Assembly (NCBI RefSeq): GCF_006345805.1
Contig: NC_043015.1
Span: 12,958,001-13,022,000, forward strand
DNA length: 64,000 nt
Source: Octopus sinensis
Lineage: Eukaryota
Reading direction: 5' to 3'
The notes below the pieces were generated by a model, which worked only from the letters and a program-made list of their open reading frames with translations, was not told the origin of the DNA and did not search any database. Positions 13,708 to 27,082 of the stretch are shown here, piece by piece; the first letter of the stretch is position 1, and each line of letters opens with the position of its first letter. A program made the position numbers and the translations under genes.

Positions 13708-13788
13708 AAGTCTTACAGCCATTTCTGGGATAATCCAAGAGGTAGGTTAACATGTCCATATACTGGGTATTCTGTCATCAGGGACAAG
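13708..13788 (-). ncRNA. Decayed type I hammerhead ribozyme in the 3' region of the Naiad element
   Basis: CTGATGA (13781-13775), GAAA (13725-13722) and GTA cleavage triplet (13716-13714) in canonical order. Stem I (gtcc/agac), stem II and stem III carry mismatches. Confidence 0.55.
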
Positions 13789-16700
13789 GTATGAATATTT
13801 TAGACAGAAAATTTACAGTTTACAAGGAATAAAATATATTCACAAGTTATAAGGAATGAAATAGAAGAATAATGAAGTAACTGGAAAAATAAAGAGTACA
13901 GTAAAATACAAGTTGGAGAGGATTCGGATGTTGGTTGGTACTTCCATGAAGGTATAGGTCCTTAGTTAAAATCCCAGGTAAATCCAGGCGGTATTTTGGC
14001 AGGATTAAAAGGAATCAAAAGAAAGACGAAATAATGAGAAAATGAAAAAATAAATAGTGAGGTTTATTGTAATATTGTTAAAAACTAACAAGAGTAAATA
14101 TATAGTTTTAAACTATGTTATCTTATGTGTACTTCTACCTGTGTGATATCCTATTGAAAATCCTTACTTGGGGAGTACTTCAATACTTCCCTAAAAAAAT
14201 GCATGTATCACAGAGCTAATTCGTTTTTATGATTTAATAGCCTCTAATTAGAGGTAAAGATATAGTATATTTCTTCCAAGCATAAAATTATACTTTGATT
14301 TTCCAATAGTATATAGTTAAGCTCTACTAATTATTGCCCTTTTAATATCATATTTCACGCTCAGAGTTGCTGAAGCATGGAACAAACTGCCTGCGTCAGT
14401 TGTTCACTGCCATGACACTGCATCCTTTAAGGCCCTCATCCTTTCCGAAATCCGCTGAAACTACACCTGATTGTTCCCCTTCCATACTCATACACATATG
14501 TGTATGTCATGACTCACGCACTGTTCTTTTCCTGACGCTTGTACATTACCCTACGTACTATACATACACTTTAGATGAGTTGTAGTGCACCTGAGCACTG
14601 TACACAATGTTTTATTATTATTATTTATTATTTTAAAGACCAGGTGAACCCACTCAAACTTGCACAATTCATTTTATCCCTATCTTTGAATGAAGAAAGG
14701 TGGTTTTGCAATCTTTGCTTAAGGTCTGTTGAACATGATCCTATGTAATAATTGGAAATACTATCAGCTGTTACTGTACATCCATAAACTATGTTTTTTC
14801 TGTGGCATTGTTCTTCAAGCAGAGATAATTTGTTTTCACAGTTTCAATGATACTTATTTATATTAACCTTTGCTACAGGCAGAAATATTAGGTACTTCAT
14901 CTATATTATTACTTAATACCCTATGAGTAGTATTAGTTTTGCTCTATGTTAAATTGGGTGTGTTATATTATCCACTTAGTTCAATTAACTCAAATATGTA
15001 GTTTGGGCCCAGTTATCTCCCTTACACTCCTATTGTTAACCAGACATTATCTCCCGAGAGTCTTTCAAATTACGTTCCACTATATCGGTATAGTTATTAT
15101 TTCTATTTATATTAGTTTTATTACCTGTGTTTACTAATTTCCTATTAGCAAATTCTCTAATCCTCCTTATCTTGTGTGCTGCAATAATTCGTGTTAAGTC
15201 TCTACTTGTCGAAAAGGCAAAGCTAATCCTGTGCTGATAAAAATTCTAGCTAAACTTGCTAAATGGTAGAAATGTTCTTATCTAATGCAGCGGAAAATTT
15301 TTGCAGGTATGTTTGTAATTATCTGCGTTGTGCCATTATATATGTATCTAGATTTAGCTTTTCTTTTAGGGAAGTGGTTACTCTTTTTGTCAATAGTTCT
15401 ATTTTTATGTCTATTATATGTTTTCCTCAAAAATATATTACTGTTTATTATGGGGTTTACTTAAAATTATATCATTATCCTCTATGCAACTATTCTTATT
15501 AACGTGATCGTTGGCATGGTGAGTGGAAATCACATTATTTTTCTCAAGGTTTTTTGTTTTACATTCGCTTTTTTTATTACCTATTTGATTCAAAGCATAA
15601 ACCTTATTCATATATTCTTTGATTTCATTTTTAGGGATACAGAATATTTTATCTTTGTATCCTGCTTCAGCTAGGATATTCTTATGATACCATTCATTAT
15701 TCCTGAAAATCCCTTCATTAGTGGATAATCTATATATACAAAGAAAAATATTTAGTTGGCGTTAGGAAGGGCATCCAGCCGTAGAAACATTGCCAGATCA
15801 GACTGGGCCTGGTGCAGCCTTCTTATAATACCATTCATTATTCCTGAAAATCCCTTCATTAGTGGATAATCTATATATACAAAGAAAAATATTTAGTTGG
15901 CGTTAGGAAGGGTATCCAGCCATAGAAACATTGCCAGATCAGACTGGGCCTGGTGCAGCCTTCTGGCTTCCCAGACCCCAGTTGAACCGTCCAACCCATG
16001 CTAGCATGGAAAGCGGGCGCTAAATGATGATAGAATCAGTAATATTTTTAGAATGATTCGAGCTTTTACGTATATGTTTAAGGTTATCATTGGGTTTGTG
16101 GTACAGTTGGCATTCTCCTGTACCCAAATCCAGATTGGATGACCTCAGGACTCTGAACCTTTCAGACAAGATGGCAAAGGAGTGAGATACCAGGCACCTT
16201 GCTGTACTCAAGCAGACCTATCCTCCACAACAAGAGTGTTAAGGTCACTTCCCTTGGTGAGGAGGATTGCAAGAGTCCTATGCTGGTGTCATGAAAGCAC
16301 TTGTGTCAGTACCACATAATAGTGCTCATGATGGTGTGACATTAAAGATACCCAACACACACTGTAAAGTGGTTGGTGTTAGGAAAGTCATCCTGCTGTA
16401 GAAACCAAACCAAATCAGACTGGAACCTGGTGCAGCTCTCCAGCTTGCCAGCTCTGGTCAAACCATCCAACCCATGCTAGCATGGAAAATGGACATTGAA
16501 GGATTATTATGATGATGATGGTGGAAGTTTACATTACTATGTTTATTTTCAATGAAAATAGACTGACCTAGATCTTTAAATAATTTAAAGAGTTTTTCTG
16601 GGATTTTTCTATATTCACATTACTAGATTTATTTACAGTGTTGTCCCTATATAATCCCTTCCACCATTTGTAGAAATTCACTATTAATACATTTTAAAAT

Positions 16701-16851
16701 ATAAATTCCTACTAAATCTTTTACCTGAGCAGTATTGCAGGGGCCCCTGGTAATATCAAACTGATCAGGTTTATCTTTCCTTTCCTGGCATTTTCCTTCA
16801 AACTTAATTATGGATATTCTAGCAGCTGGTATAATATATATGCCTTCTTTA

Positions 16852-17080
16852 AGGTGGCGAGCTGGCAGAAACGTTAGCATGCCGGGCGAAATGTGTAGCC
16901 GTATTTCGTCTGCCATTACATTCTAGGTTCAAATTCCGCTGAGGTCGACTTTGCCTTTCATCCTTTCGGGGTCGATAAATTAAGTACCAGTTACGCACTG
17001 GGGTCGATGTAATCCACTTAATCCGTTTGTCTGTCCTTGTTTGTCCTCTCTGTGTTTAGCCCCTTGTGGGTAGTAAAGAC
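16852..17080 (+). mobile_element. Near-intact SINE family A copy inserted in the Naiad RT
   Basis: Full head-to-tail copy flanked by an 18-bp TSD, ATATATATGCCTTCTTTA (16834-16851 and 17081-17098). Removing it rejoins the RT frame. Confidence 0.92.
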
Positions 17081-17489
17081 ATATATATGCCTTCTTTAGA
17101 CAAGCTTGAGTTTTCATTGCAAATATTAATGCTCTATTAAATAAAACTGGATCAAGTGATGCATAATAATTAGCTATGTCTAATTGTATGAATTTAGTGT
17201 GCTTTTCATCAGTAAACCAATCTATAACTTCATACGGACTTGTAGCAGACTCTCAGAGCTTAAGATGGTAGATGAGAGTAGCACACTTCACCTTTCCTGT
17301 AAATAAACCAGTTGTAAATAGCATTTATACTTGAAGTCTTTTCTCTTCGCCTGCTGGAAGCCTGAACTACATAAAGAACAAAAAAGAATGTGGAAGAAGA
17401 CGGTATTCCTCTGATATCGTAAACCTTGCCTTCCATTATTAAAGACTCAACCATAAGTTAAGTTTGATTAAATTTCTAAGTTTAAGTAC

Positions 17490-17832
17490 GTGTTTATTTT
17501 TTCTCTTATTTGTTTCAATCATTAGACTGTGGTGATGTTGGGGTACCACCTTGAAGAATTTTTAGTTTGATTGAATCTACCCTAGTACTTTATTTGGTTA
17601 AGCCTGGTACTTATTCTCTTGGTCACTTTTGCTGAACCCATCAGTTATGGGGGACATAAACACACCAACGCTGGTTGTCAAGCTGTGGTGGGAGGACAGA
17701 CACAGACACACACAGAAACATACATACATACATGCATACATACATACATACATACATACATACGTACCTACATACATACACACATACATACATACATACT
17801 TACGTACATACATACATACATACATACATACA

Positions 17833-17864
<32 letters not shown>

Positions 17865-18025
17865 ATGGGTTTTTTCACCTTCCATCAAGCAAATCCACTC
17901 ACAAAGCTTTGGTCTGCACAAGACCATAGTAGAAGATACTTGCCTAAGGTGCCACACAGTGGGACTGAACCCAGAATCATGTGGTTGGAAAGCAAGTTTC
18001 TTACCAGACAGCCATGCTTGCACCT
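17490..18025 (-). mobile_element. SINE family C with long (CATA)n centre
   Basis: Same head and tail as 12690-13090. Confidence 0.8.
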
Positions 18026-18841
18026 ATAAAAAAAAAGGTGGCTAACAAGCTGCTACAGAGAATTGAATCTTGTACCTCTTAAATTGGCTAAGAGCTCTGT
18101 ACCATGAAGCTAAGCAACCAAGATAATAATAAACTTACTAATTCTGCCAATATCTGACTTTGAAGGGTATAAATGTTTGTAGCAAACAGCTACAGTACAG
18201 CTAAGTTAGGATTTGAAACTGAATCCACATTTCTCAACATTGTCAAACAAATGTTCAACCTATTGTTTTTGCCTTTATGCATTCAGAAATGAATGAGAAA
18301 AAGTTGACCTCTCTGACCTTTCATGGCATGCATTGGTCAAATCAGATATGGAAGTAGAATTTCTATTGTTCTCAGCTGATCTAATTAAATTGGCAAAATT
18401 ATAAATACATAAGCAAATATCAGTCGACCTCTTTCAGCTGTCTGGATGCTATCTGATCAAGAAGCAAGCTTTTTCAGTTTGTTTATCAGTGTGCAAATGT
18501 AGACTTCTTACCATTTCCGTCTGCATACTTTAGTATTATTCTGTCTTTCTCCCAAGCAGCCACAGGGATAAAACTGTCCAACTATCATTCAGAATTCAGC
18601 ATGGAGATATACAAACTGTACACACAAACAAACAACTTGCTGGAGTTGTATATTTCTGATATATTGTAACGTGTGTGCATGTGTATACATACATACACAA
18701 CTTGTACTTCTAGCAATGTAGGTGCTTCTTAACACCTACAATTATAATTCTCAGTTTTGGTAAATCATTGCAACCTGCTGCTTATATTAATTTTATGTAT
18801 ACACATTAGCAAATTGTTAATAAAAAAATAAATATATTTTT

Positions 18842-18963
18842 AACATAACGTGACAGTCTCGTAAGGGAATTACACCACTGCTGTTTAACCCTAGGAAGCA
18901 TCGACGCTTCCTGTCGGCTTTGACTTGTGGTGTAATTCCCTTACGGGACTGTCACGTTATGTT
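18842..18963. mobile_element. 122-bp MITE-like palindrome
   Basis: 37-bp inverted arms (18842-18878 and 18927-18963, one mismatch) plus an internal aggaagc/gcttcct hairpin. Confidence 0.75.
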
Positions 18964-19739
18964 GACAGTATACAACCACTCTATCGCTCTACCACCGCTC
19001 ATGTCTTTTTGAGACATTTAGAAGTTTAATATTTCTAACCCATCTTTTATTCAAATATTTCATATTATACATGTTTAGGTAGAAGTTTTGCTCTCCACCT
19101 CATTATTACTGTTTTTAACAGTAATAATGCTTCATTTACTTTTTTATTTTTACAATAGTCTTCTCTTTAAATGGAGTGGGACGTTTAAAGTTAGAAACGC
19201 ACATGAGTTGATGTATGAATATTTTAGAAATAGATGTTAAATACTGTCTCCAACTGATGATTTCAAAGCATGTTTTCTCATGCACAGCAGAAATCAATTG
19301 ATATTGGGGTATGTAAACTACCTTTAAATTCCATCCTGAAGGTAGGCCTATTTTTTTAAATATTCATTGGATTGCTCATGTGTGTATTGGTGGTTTTTTG
19401 AAGCTTTCACTTTCATTTTTAGCAAGTGGTATTTTTACCCTTCTTTCTTTCATATATATGAACATGTGAGTATATTTGTATGTACCCTTGTCTTTACACC
19501 ATGTGATAGTTGTAAATAAGCAACACCATCATACAAGCAACATTGTTTAAAGCCAATCTTCCGTGATAAACATGTCTGATCATAGGGAAATATTACCTTG
19601 CATTGAAACAGGTGAGGGTTGGTGACATGAAGGGCATCTGGCTATGGAAAATCTACCTCAACAAATTCCATCTGACTCTTGTAAGCATGGAAAAGTAGAC
19701 ATTAAATGATGATGATGCTCTGATTCCTACTACCGGTCC

Positions 19740-20650
19740 TTGTTCACCAGTCTGAGCTCAAGCAGTTCAGATATTGATATATGTAATTTCACACAAATAG
19801 TCTGAAGTGCATGGCAATTGCCATTTTTGGAACATCAGCAGGTTCAGTGAGTATCTGGTTGTAGGCCTGTATTAGGTTGATTTTTGGAATAATCCGTGTT
19901 CCATTCAGTAAACCAGAAAAATCATGCAAGTATAGTATGGGATAAGTGTCAGCCACTGTAGCTTTGTTGAGGGCTCTGAAGTCTCTGCATGAACACTAGC
20001 CATTCGTCTCCTTCTTAGGTACCAAATGTGGTGGGCTGGACCAACTGCTATTGGCTGGCCGAATGATCCCCAGGTCTAATATGTGTTGAAACTCTTGTTT
20101 AGCGACCCTCAAGTGGTCTGGAGGCAGTCTTTGTGGTCGTGAGGCCACAGGTGGGTTAGTGGTTTCAATATGGTGCGTAATCCTGTGTTTGACAGCCTTG
20201 TTTTTGAACAGTGGTCAGGTGATGTCCATGTATTATTGAGGATCGCTTTGTATCGGCTGGTTTCAGAATGTAACATGACTGGACCTACTGTGGACATATG
20301 TGTGGTTATACCATGTAGACTACTACGAAAGCTGTGTTGATGGCATCAATAGCATTGTTCTTTGAAATATACTGTGCTTTGTCACAGCCATCTGCAATTC
20401 TATTAACTTTTTATAGGGTGTGGGAAGACTATTTCTTTCAGTTCAAGAACAGATGATGGTATTACACTGCTTGTCCCATGGAATTCTTTCTTGTGCATCT
20501 CGTTTGACATTGTTATTGCCTTGTTTCAGTAACTTTGTTTGCAAATTACCCAAATGATTGATTTCTATCACAAGAGATGGGTTCTCATGGCAGATATGTA
20601 TAATTTTGTTCAATTTCTTCAGATACTTCAAGACTTTCTATGGCTATTTG
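19740..20650 (-). mobile_element. Degenerate Gypsy/Ty3 pol (start of RT domain)
   Basis: ILDLGIIRPANSSWSSPPHLVPKK...RDFRALNKATVADTYPI around 20080-19935, with stops. Confidence 0.8.
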
Positions 20651-20943
20651 TCGAAGTATTCTAGAGACTTTATGAGTTAATAAACCTCCGTCAATAGTAG
20701 TAGTTCAGCCAAATAAGTGATTGGACAGAAGAAAACAAAACACTAAAATTTTACAATTCAAAAAGAAGAAATGTTTGAAATATCAAAAATACATTTTTAT
20801 TAAAAATTTGAATCAAAAGCACTATTTTTCTTATAATATTTCATTAATTATAAAGATATTATACAAATATGATTTAGCTGTAATGGTAACTACTTATATA
20901 TGAGGTAAATAAATGGTTTTACCTATTCAATACTCTGTAATAA

Positions 20944-22143
20944 TCAAATAAAATTCAGGGGTAAACTAAATGCTGGTGCTTTATCATCCTTGGTATTCTT
21001 TAAATGGATATCAACCTTGTTTTCCAAAATATTAAAAACTGCTGTTGCTAGAGTTTGAGAACGATCTGTGGGTCTTGGAGTTCGGTAAATTGGATATTCC
21101 TTGCAATCTGTATCACCAAGGATGTTACAAATGTCAAAGGCAGAACGTGGAGGAGGCAAGCTTGAAGCATGTTTGTAACGGTGAGCAGAACTACCATATG
21201 CAACTGCAGGGAGTTCTTCAATGTTCAAATGTTGGTAGGTATTAACATGAATATAATGACAATCTTTGCTTGGATCATTCTGTGGTGGAATTGTATGAAG
21301 ATAATGTTGATGTTTGGGTCCTACTTCAAGAGCCCACATGTTATCTTTGTCTTTCACTGAAGCCATATTGCAACAAATACCATAAGCCACACCATGTTTG
21401 TTGTCCTCTAGAATCTTGACAGCTTGTGTAACACTGGATGCACTCAAAAGACTTCTGTCAATGAATCGTCTTGGAATGCATTCTCGATATGTCTCAGCTG
21501 GATAAAGACCATTGCACGCAAAAATCATTCCATGATTATTGAAACTAAAATTTCCTCCAGGTAGGAAACCTGGATAACAATAAGCTGTAATATATTCCCG
21601 GTCTTCTTGAACGACATTCTTTTTTACAAAGTTATCATCAATCTTACAACAGGCAATATAGACATATGCTTCCATACGGGGACTATAGTCCTCATTATGC
21701 GCCAATATTTTTAAATCAGGTCTATTAATAAATACAGATGTACAGCCTCTAGTATCATCAAGATTAGTAGATTTCTTTGAAAGTATTAACATTTCATTTA
21801 AGCAATTTAAAAGGAAAAGATTTTCAAAAGCCACACCTGATCCATCAGACATTCCTTTAATTTCTTCAACATATTGAGGAAATGCTGCATTACATGATGC
21901 CAAGAAACCCTCATAGACGGATCTTCCTTCATGACAATTGTAATAAGGAAGTAAGGAAGACTTCAGCTCTGGGAATTGGGCACAAAAGCTGGTTATCTGT
22001 TTACTAAATTGTCCTCCAATTGTATAACTAACATCATAATGAGTTCCTGCAGAAAAAAGTAATGGAATTTGGTTGTTCTGCAGCTTTTCCAAGCCTTCAA
22101 AGACTGAAATGTTTTCTGTACCACAAAATTCATTTTCCATCAT
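20944..22143 (-). CDS. tan: Tan-like peptidase C45 (Ntn-hydrolase; beta-alanyl-amine hydrolase / acyl-CoA:6-APA acyltransferase family), copy 1, intact, single coding exon
   Basis: 399-aa ORF colinear with Drosophila Tan as I recall it: GTHY, FPQYVEEIKGMSDG, autocleavage Gly133-Cys134 (TRG|CTSVFIN), AHNED, HVN and GSS..R motifs. A splice acceptor (ttttattttcag) at 22167 precedes a short 5' UTR. Confidence 0.9.
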   Translation of the reverse strand: MMENEFCGTENISVFEGLEKLQNNQIPLLFSAGTHYDVSYTIGGQFSKQITSFCAQFPELKSSLLPYYNCHEGRSVYEGFLASCNAAFPQYVEEIKGMSDGSGVAFENLFLLNCLNEMLILSKKSTNLDDTRGCTSVFINRPDLKILAHNEDYSPRMEAYVYIACCKIDDNFVKKNVVQEDREYITAYCYPGFLPGGNFSFNNHGMIFACNGLYPAETYRECIPRRFIDRSLLSASSVTQAVKILEDNKHGVAYGICCNMASVKDKDNMWALEVGPKHQHYLHTIPPQNDPSKDCHYIHVNTYQHLNIEELPAVAYGSSAHRYKHASSLPPPRSAFDICNILGDTDCKEYPIYRTPRPTDRSQTLATAVFNILENKVDIHLKNTKDDKAPAFSLPLNFI

Positions 22144-22494
22144 TCAAATAATTAATAAGATATCAGCTGAAAATAAAAATAAAATGTTAAAATTATGTGT
22201 TTTTTTTATTTCTGTTTTTAATTATTTATTTTTTCTGCCAAGGGAGGAAGTCATCCTGAAACTAGAGATCTAGTCCTTATGCTTACAAAAGATTGAGCAC
22301 CACTAAAAGAGAGAGGGAACAGTGAAGGGGAGAGGAGAAGAATAGGGAAGGCTGGGAGAGAAAATCAGAAAAGAGAGAAAACCAAAAGTGTTATCTGTGT
22401 AACCTGTGAAAGGAAAATAATATTGAAGATGAAGTAAGAAAAATAATAATAAAAGAAATAATTTGTTTTTGGAACTTATTCTTTTGTTTGTGTG

Positions 22495-22990
<496 letters not shown>

Positions 22991-25900
22991 ATGATAAATG
23001 TAATGAGAAAATATTTTCAGTTTCAATTCTAATTGAAATCTCTATATTTTTCTCTAAATTTAAACTTTAAAATAATCCAGATATGTAATTTTTTAATTTT
23101 TTAGTTGTTTTAGTTATTGGACTGTAGCTATCTTGAAAGGTTTAGCTGAATAAGTCTGGTGCTAACTCTACTGGTCTCTTTTGCCAAACTACTAGGCTAG
23201 GGGATGTAAACAAACCAATTCTGTTTGTCAAGTAGTGTTGGGGGACAAATAATATATTGCGATTGCAGGTCGTACCCAGGCACTGGACTGAAAAATGGCA
23301 TTCGGCAGTCACCACAGTTCCATGCCACTGGCGTTGCCCCTGTTCACTGTTGGCACTTGCTCGGCTGCTCCAGTGCAGCTCTGCACTCGCCCCTCCCCCC
23401 CTGTCACGACAATACTGTTGGCCTTCTGCATTGGTTGCAGTGCAAACATCAGACTGAATGATGAGTATGGGCTGTTGAAGCAGCCACTGTGCTCCGCAGG
23501 TCAAGGCGTGCAGCGGCTTCATGATTCTTTTAAGACGGTGCTCCAGCATGGTCACAGTCAAATGACTGAAACATATAAAAGATAAAAAGAATAAACGCAA
23601 AGACACAAACACACACACACAAACAATGGGCTTCTTTCAGTCCCTGTCTACCAAATCCATTTGCAAGGCTTTGGTCAGTCTGGGGCTATGGTAGGAAACA
23701 CTTGTCTAAGTGCTGCACAGTGGGACTGATCCGAAGACTACACAGTGAGCTTCTTGATCACATGATCATGCCTGCACTGATAGCCAGACAAAGTTGTTAC
23801 ACACACGTAATTATAAGGAAGACAGTTATTTGGTTAATAACAGTTATTTGGTTATTTGGTTAATAAATAGAGTTAATTAATTATCTACTGTTGCATTACA
23901 CTACGTTGAAAAAATACAAAATACAGAAACATGTTGTATATGAATGTGAAAGTTTTAGGAGATAAGGGTCTGTTCAATTTGGTTTACAGATTTTTTGATT
24001 AATATTTTTTTTAACTAATAAGTTTGAAACTTATACTGGTGGAATGTCTCTGGCTAAAAAAAAAATGTCTCGGGCTAAAAAAAAAAAATTTTTTTTTAAA
24101 TCCATGAGCTAAACTGATCCAAATAATCCTTGTTTTGAATATACAAAAAGTGTGTTTTATAATTCTGAAGTTTGGCAAAGAGCATGAGTTGCTTTTCTGT
24201 ATATCAAGTTAATTTAATTACAGATTATTCAGTTTTCATGTTCAGTTACACACACACACATATAGTGAAAGTATATAGAATAAAAGAAGGAAAATGTACG
24301 TTTAAAGGATAAAATATTATGATAGTCGACTGGTTTTGTGTTTTGTTAATCATGACATTGAAATTGGTGAAAATATTGCAATTTCGTATTTTTAATCCAT
24401 ACCTTTTGTATGAGTTTGTAAATGAATCAGCATGTAGGATTGGTGATTGTTATTATTCGAGACAGGGGAGGTAATTGCACTTCAGGAGGGTAAATTTATA
24501 TAAACTCATGAGCTAAAGTAGTGAGATAAAATATGTATGCGTTCATTAAAATATTTACAAAAATCAAAATTGGTTATGCATTCATATTCAGGTGTTTTTC
24601 AATAAATGTATTTTCTTTATTTAGTCGTTCTTGTATAGAAATTGTTTTCTTGCACTGGTAGAGGGGTAAAAACCGTGAAGCTTGGTTGCAGAGTCCCTGC
24701 CCATCTCACTCTGTGTTCACTCAATGGTATCTGTCAATATCTTGGGAAACGGATCTGTTCCCTAGTGTACATCTCCCTCTAAGTGATATCCTCCTATATA
24801 AGCCAAACAAGGATGTCACTTAGACGGAGAACTACACTGCATAAGGATGCTATTTTGCCCTAAACGAATGACTTTAACCTCATGACCAAGGGTAGCAGCT
24901 ACCAGATTTTTGTGGTCAATAATAAGATGCAAATTATCAAAATGAAATTCGAATTTTGGATAAATCTGGATGCGAAACCATGACCTTCGTACATTCTCTA
25001 TTTTATTTAGAAACACACATCTAGCAAACAATTTGATGATATTAATTCAAACAATCTTTCAACACATTTTAATGAAGTGCATTAACTTTTGGGAAACTAT
25101 TATAATTCAGTAAATGATTTCCAAATGATCAAGGCTTCATATTAGAAAATGAAGCTTTATTTGAAACTTCATTAACAAGTAAAAAACTCAGCTAATCTAA
25201 ATGCAACAAATATCAACATCACTTTAGATTCCACTTCACAAGCGGCATTTTTAGAAGAGTGCTACTGTCTGAATTTTGCTATACTATAGAGGTGTTCTGG
25301 GCAAATCTGCTTAAGATCTAATGAAAAAACTCATAATATCTGGGAAAAGCTGAACCAAAGACAACAGACAGATGTTCCAGATGTTCCTTCAGGTGAAGGG
25401 AACAAAAACGGGCTCCATACCGTATGAAGGCAATGTTTTTGTATTTTAACGCCAAGGGAAGTAACTCTGAGTGAATCCTTGTGTTAGCTTTGAGATTCCA
25501 CTGCTAACATGACAACCAACGTCATTTCTTCTTAAGTATAAGTTTGAAGGCTGAGTCAACAGAGAGAAGCTACAACTCGATGAAATCTCCAAGTGGTTTA
25601 AATGCCCAAGTCTCCAACATTCAAGTGGCTAAAATGTGTCAGCAGAAGGGCATCCAGTTGTCATGACCTTTATGTGGCTTGTCCCCAACACACTTGTCTG
25701 AGAGGGCTTTCCTCTCTGAAGACCTGCTGTTCAGCTTCCTTGAGAGTTTCTTACCACTACAAAGCTAGTCTGGAGGGCAAAGATACTATCTGGATCTATT
25801 AAGCTGAAAATTTTCAGTGTTATTTTGGCATGTGATCTACAACTAAACGGTGATTACTTTAGGTTACTTTTCAATTTCTAAATACTTTTAAGATGTTGGC

Positions 25901-26129
25901 TAAAGATTTTTTTAAAAATAAATTCTTTTGTACATACAAAGTATTGTTAATGAATTTTTTCACAATTCTTACTATTTTAATAATATTAAAACGATGTTTC
26001 ATTTATGTCTTAGTAAATAATAATAAGAAGAAACCAAGAATAAAAAATATAATAATTAAATTAAGCACGTAGATCACACAAGTTTGGCAGCCATGAGTTT
26101 TGCAATGTAAAAAAAACTAAAAGCCTAAA

Positions 26130-26430
26130 GTAATCGCCCTTGAATTTGTAGATTACATGCCAAAGTAGCACCAAATTTTCTTTTACAATGTCAAGTCTGT
26201 CTTGCTCTATGGCCCCCAAGTTACAGCAAATGAACATGTATATCCTCGAAAAGCCCCAAATATTCACAAATAAGCCTCAAAAATATCCTAAGCATTAGAT
26301 ATCCAGAACTGTGAGCAACAAAGACCCTTGAACCACAGCTGAATAAGACAAGGGGAAATGCATAGGTTATAACTTAAGAAGACAAAGAAGGCAGGATGTT
26401 CTGGCTTCCTTCCTTGCTTCCCTAGTGGAA
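26130..26430 (+). mobile_element. RTE-clade LINE 3' fragment
   Basis: FYNVKSVLLYG motif and decayed downstream RTE C-terminal pattern. Confidence 0.5.
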
Positions 26431-27082
26431 ATCAGCTGAAGAGGAAGCGAAAATAACATGAAATCAAGTGAAAAGAAACAGGGTAATGTGCATTGGAAGA
26501 ATGCCCATAATTGGCTAGGAATCCTAATAGCTTATGATGATGCCAGAAAAAGGATACTAAAGCACTATTCCCCTTTTCAGCAATGTATTTATGTGAAGCA
26601 GGATATACTACATTAACTCCATAAAAGAAAAATCTTATCATCATAACACATTGAAAGTTAGGGCAGATAAGAGAATTCAGCTGTCTGTCTTTAAACCAGA
26701 AATATGTAAGAAATTAGTACAAAAATTAAGCAATGTTACCCCATTAGATTTTCTTTATTTCTTTTCTTTTTAGAATGTATGTATTTCTAAAAATAAACAT
26801 AATTTCTGAAAACTTGCAATTGGCTATTCTTTGAGGTACACCTACTAAAGGATCTGCAGAAAAAAGTGTTTGAGAACCACTGGTCTAAAATCATTAATAA
26901 ACTGTTCATAAGAATAAAAAGAAAGAGTACACAGAAGATAATGTAATGTTTTTATTGATTCAGAATCAGTTTTATAACAATAAAGCTTTTATAATATATA
27001 AATTCTTTAATGTGTATTAAACAATTCATAATGCAGGCTTCTAACAGAAGAATACTATTTGTGACACAATTGTTTGTGATCT

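Larger units (their letters stand above)
13490..17460 (-). mobile_element. Fragmented Penelope-like retroelement, Naiad-type (RT followed by C-terminal GIY-YIG endonuclease), split by SINE/LINE insertions
   Basis: Colinear remnants: RT VIDWFTDEKHTKFIQLDIANYYASL...FDITRGPCNTAQVKDLVGIYIL (17240-16630); linker ITNIPAKIFRCI..HF (about 15350-15250); GIY-YIG NIVYGCTVT...YYIGSCSTDLKQRLQNHLSSF...SLSGFTW (14800-14640); C-terminus LCLEEIYYI...LLNHKNEL (about 14290-14210); then a pLTR-like region with a hammerhead remnant. Confidence 0.8.

Noticed and set aside
16852-16960. tRNA-like A/B-box sequences (also at 6479, 33000, 54752 and the family C heads)
   Set aside because: They are SINE heads continuing into SINE bodies; no complete cloverleaf.
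18511-18620. Exon-like segment ending in a GTAAGA donor on the minus strand
   Set aside because: All three frames from the best acceptor contain stops, and no partner exons were found.
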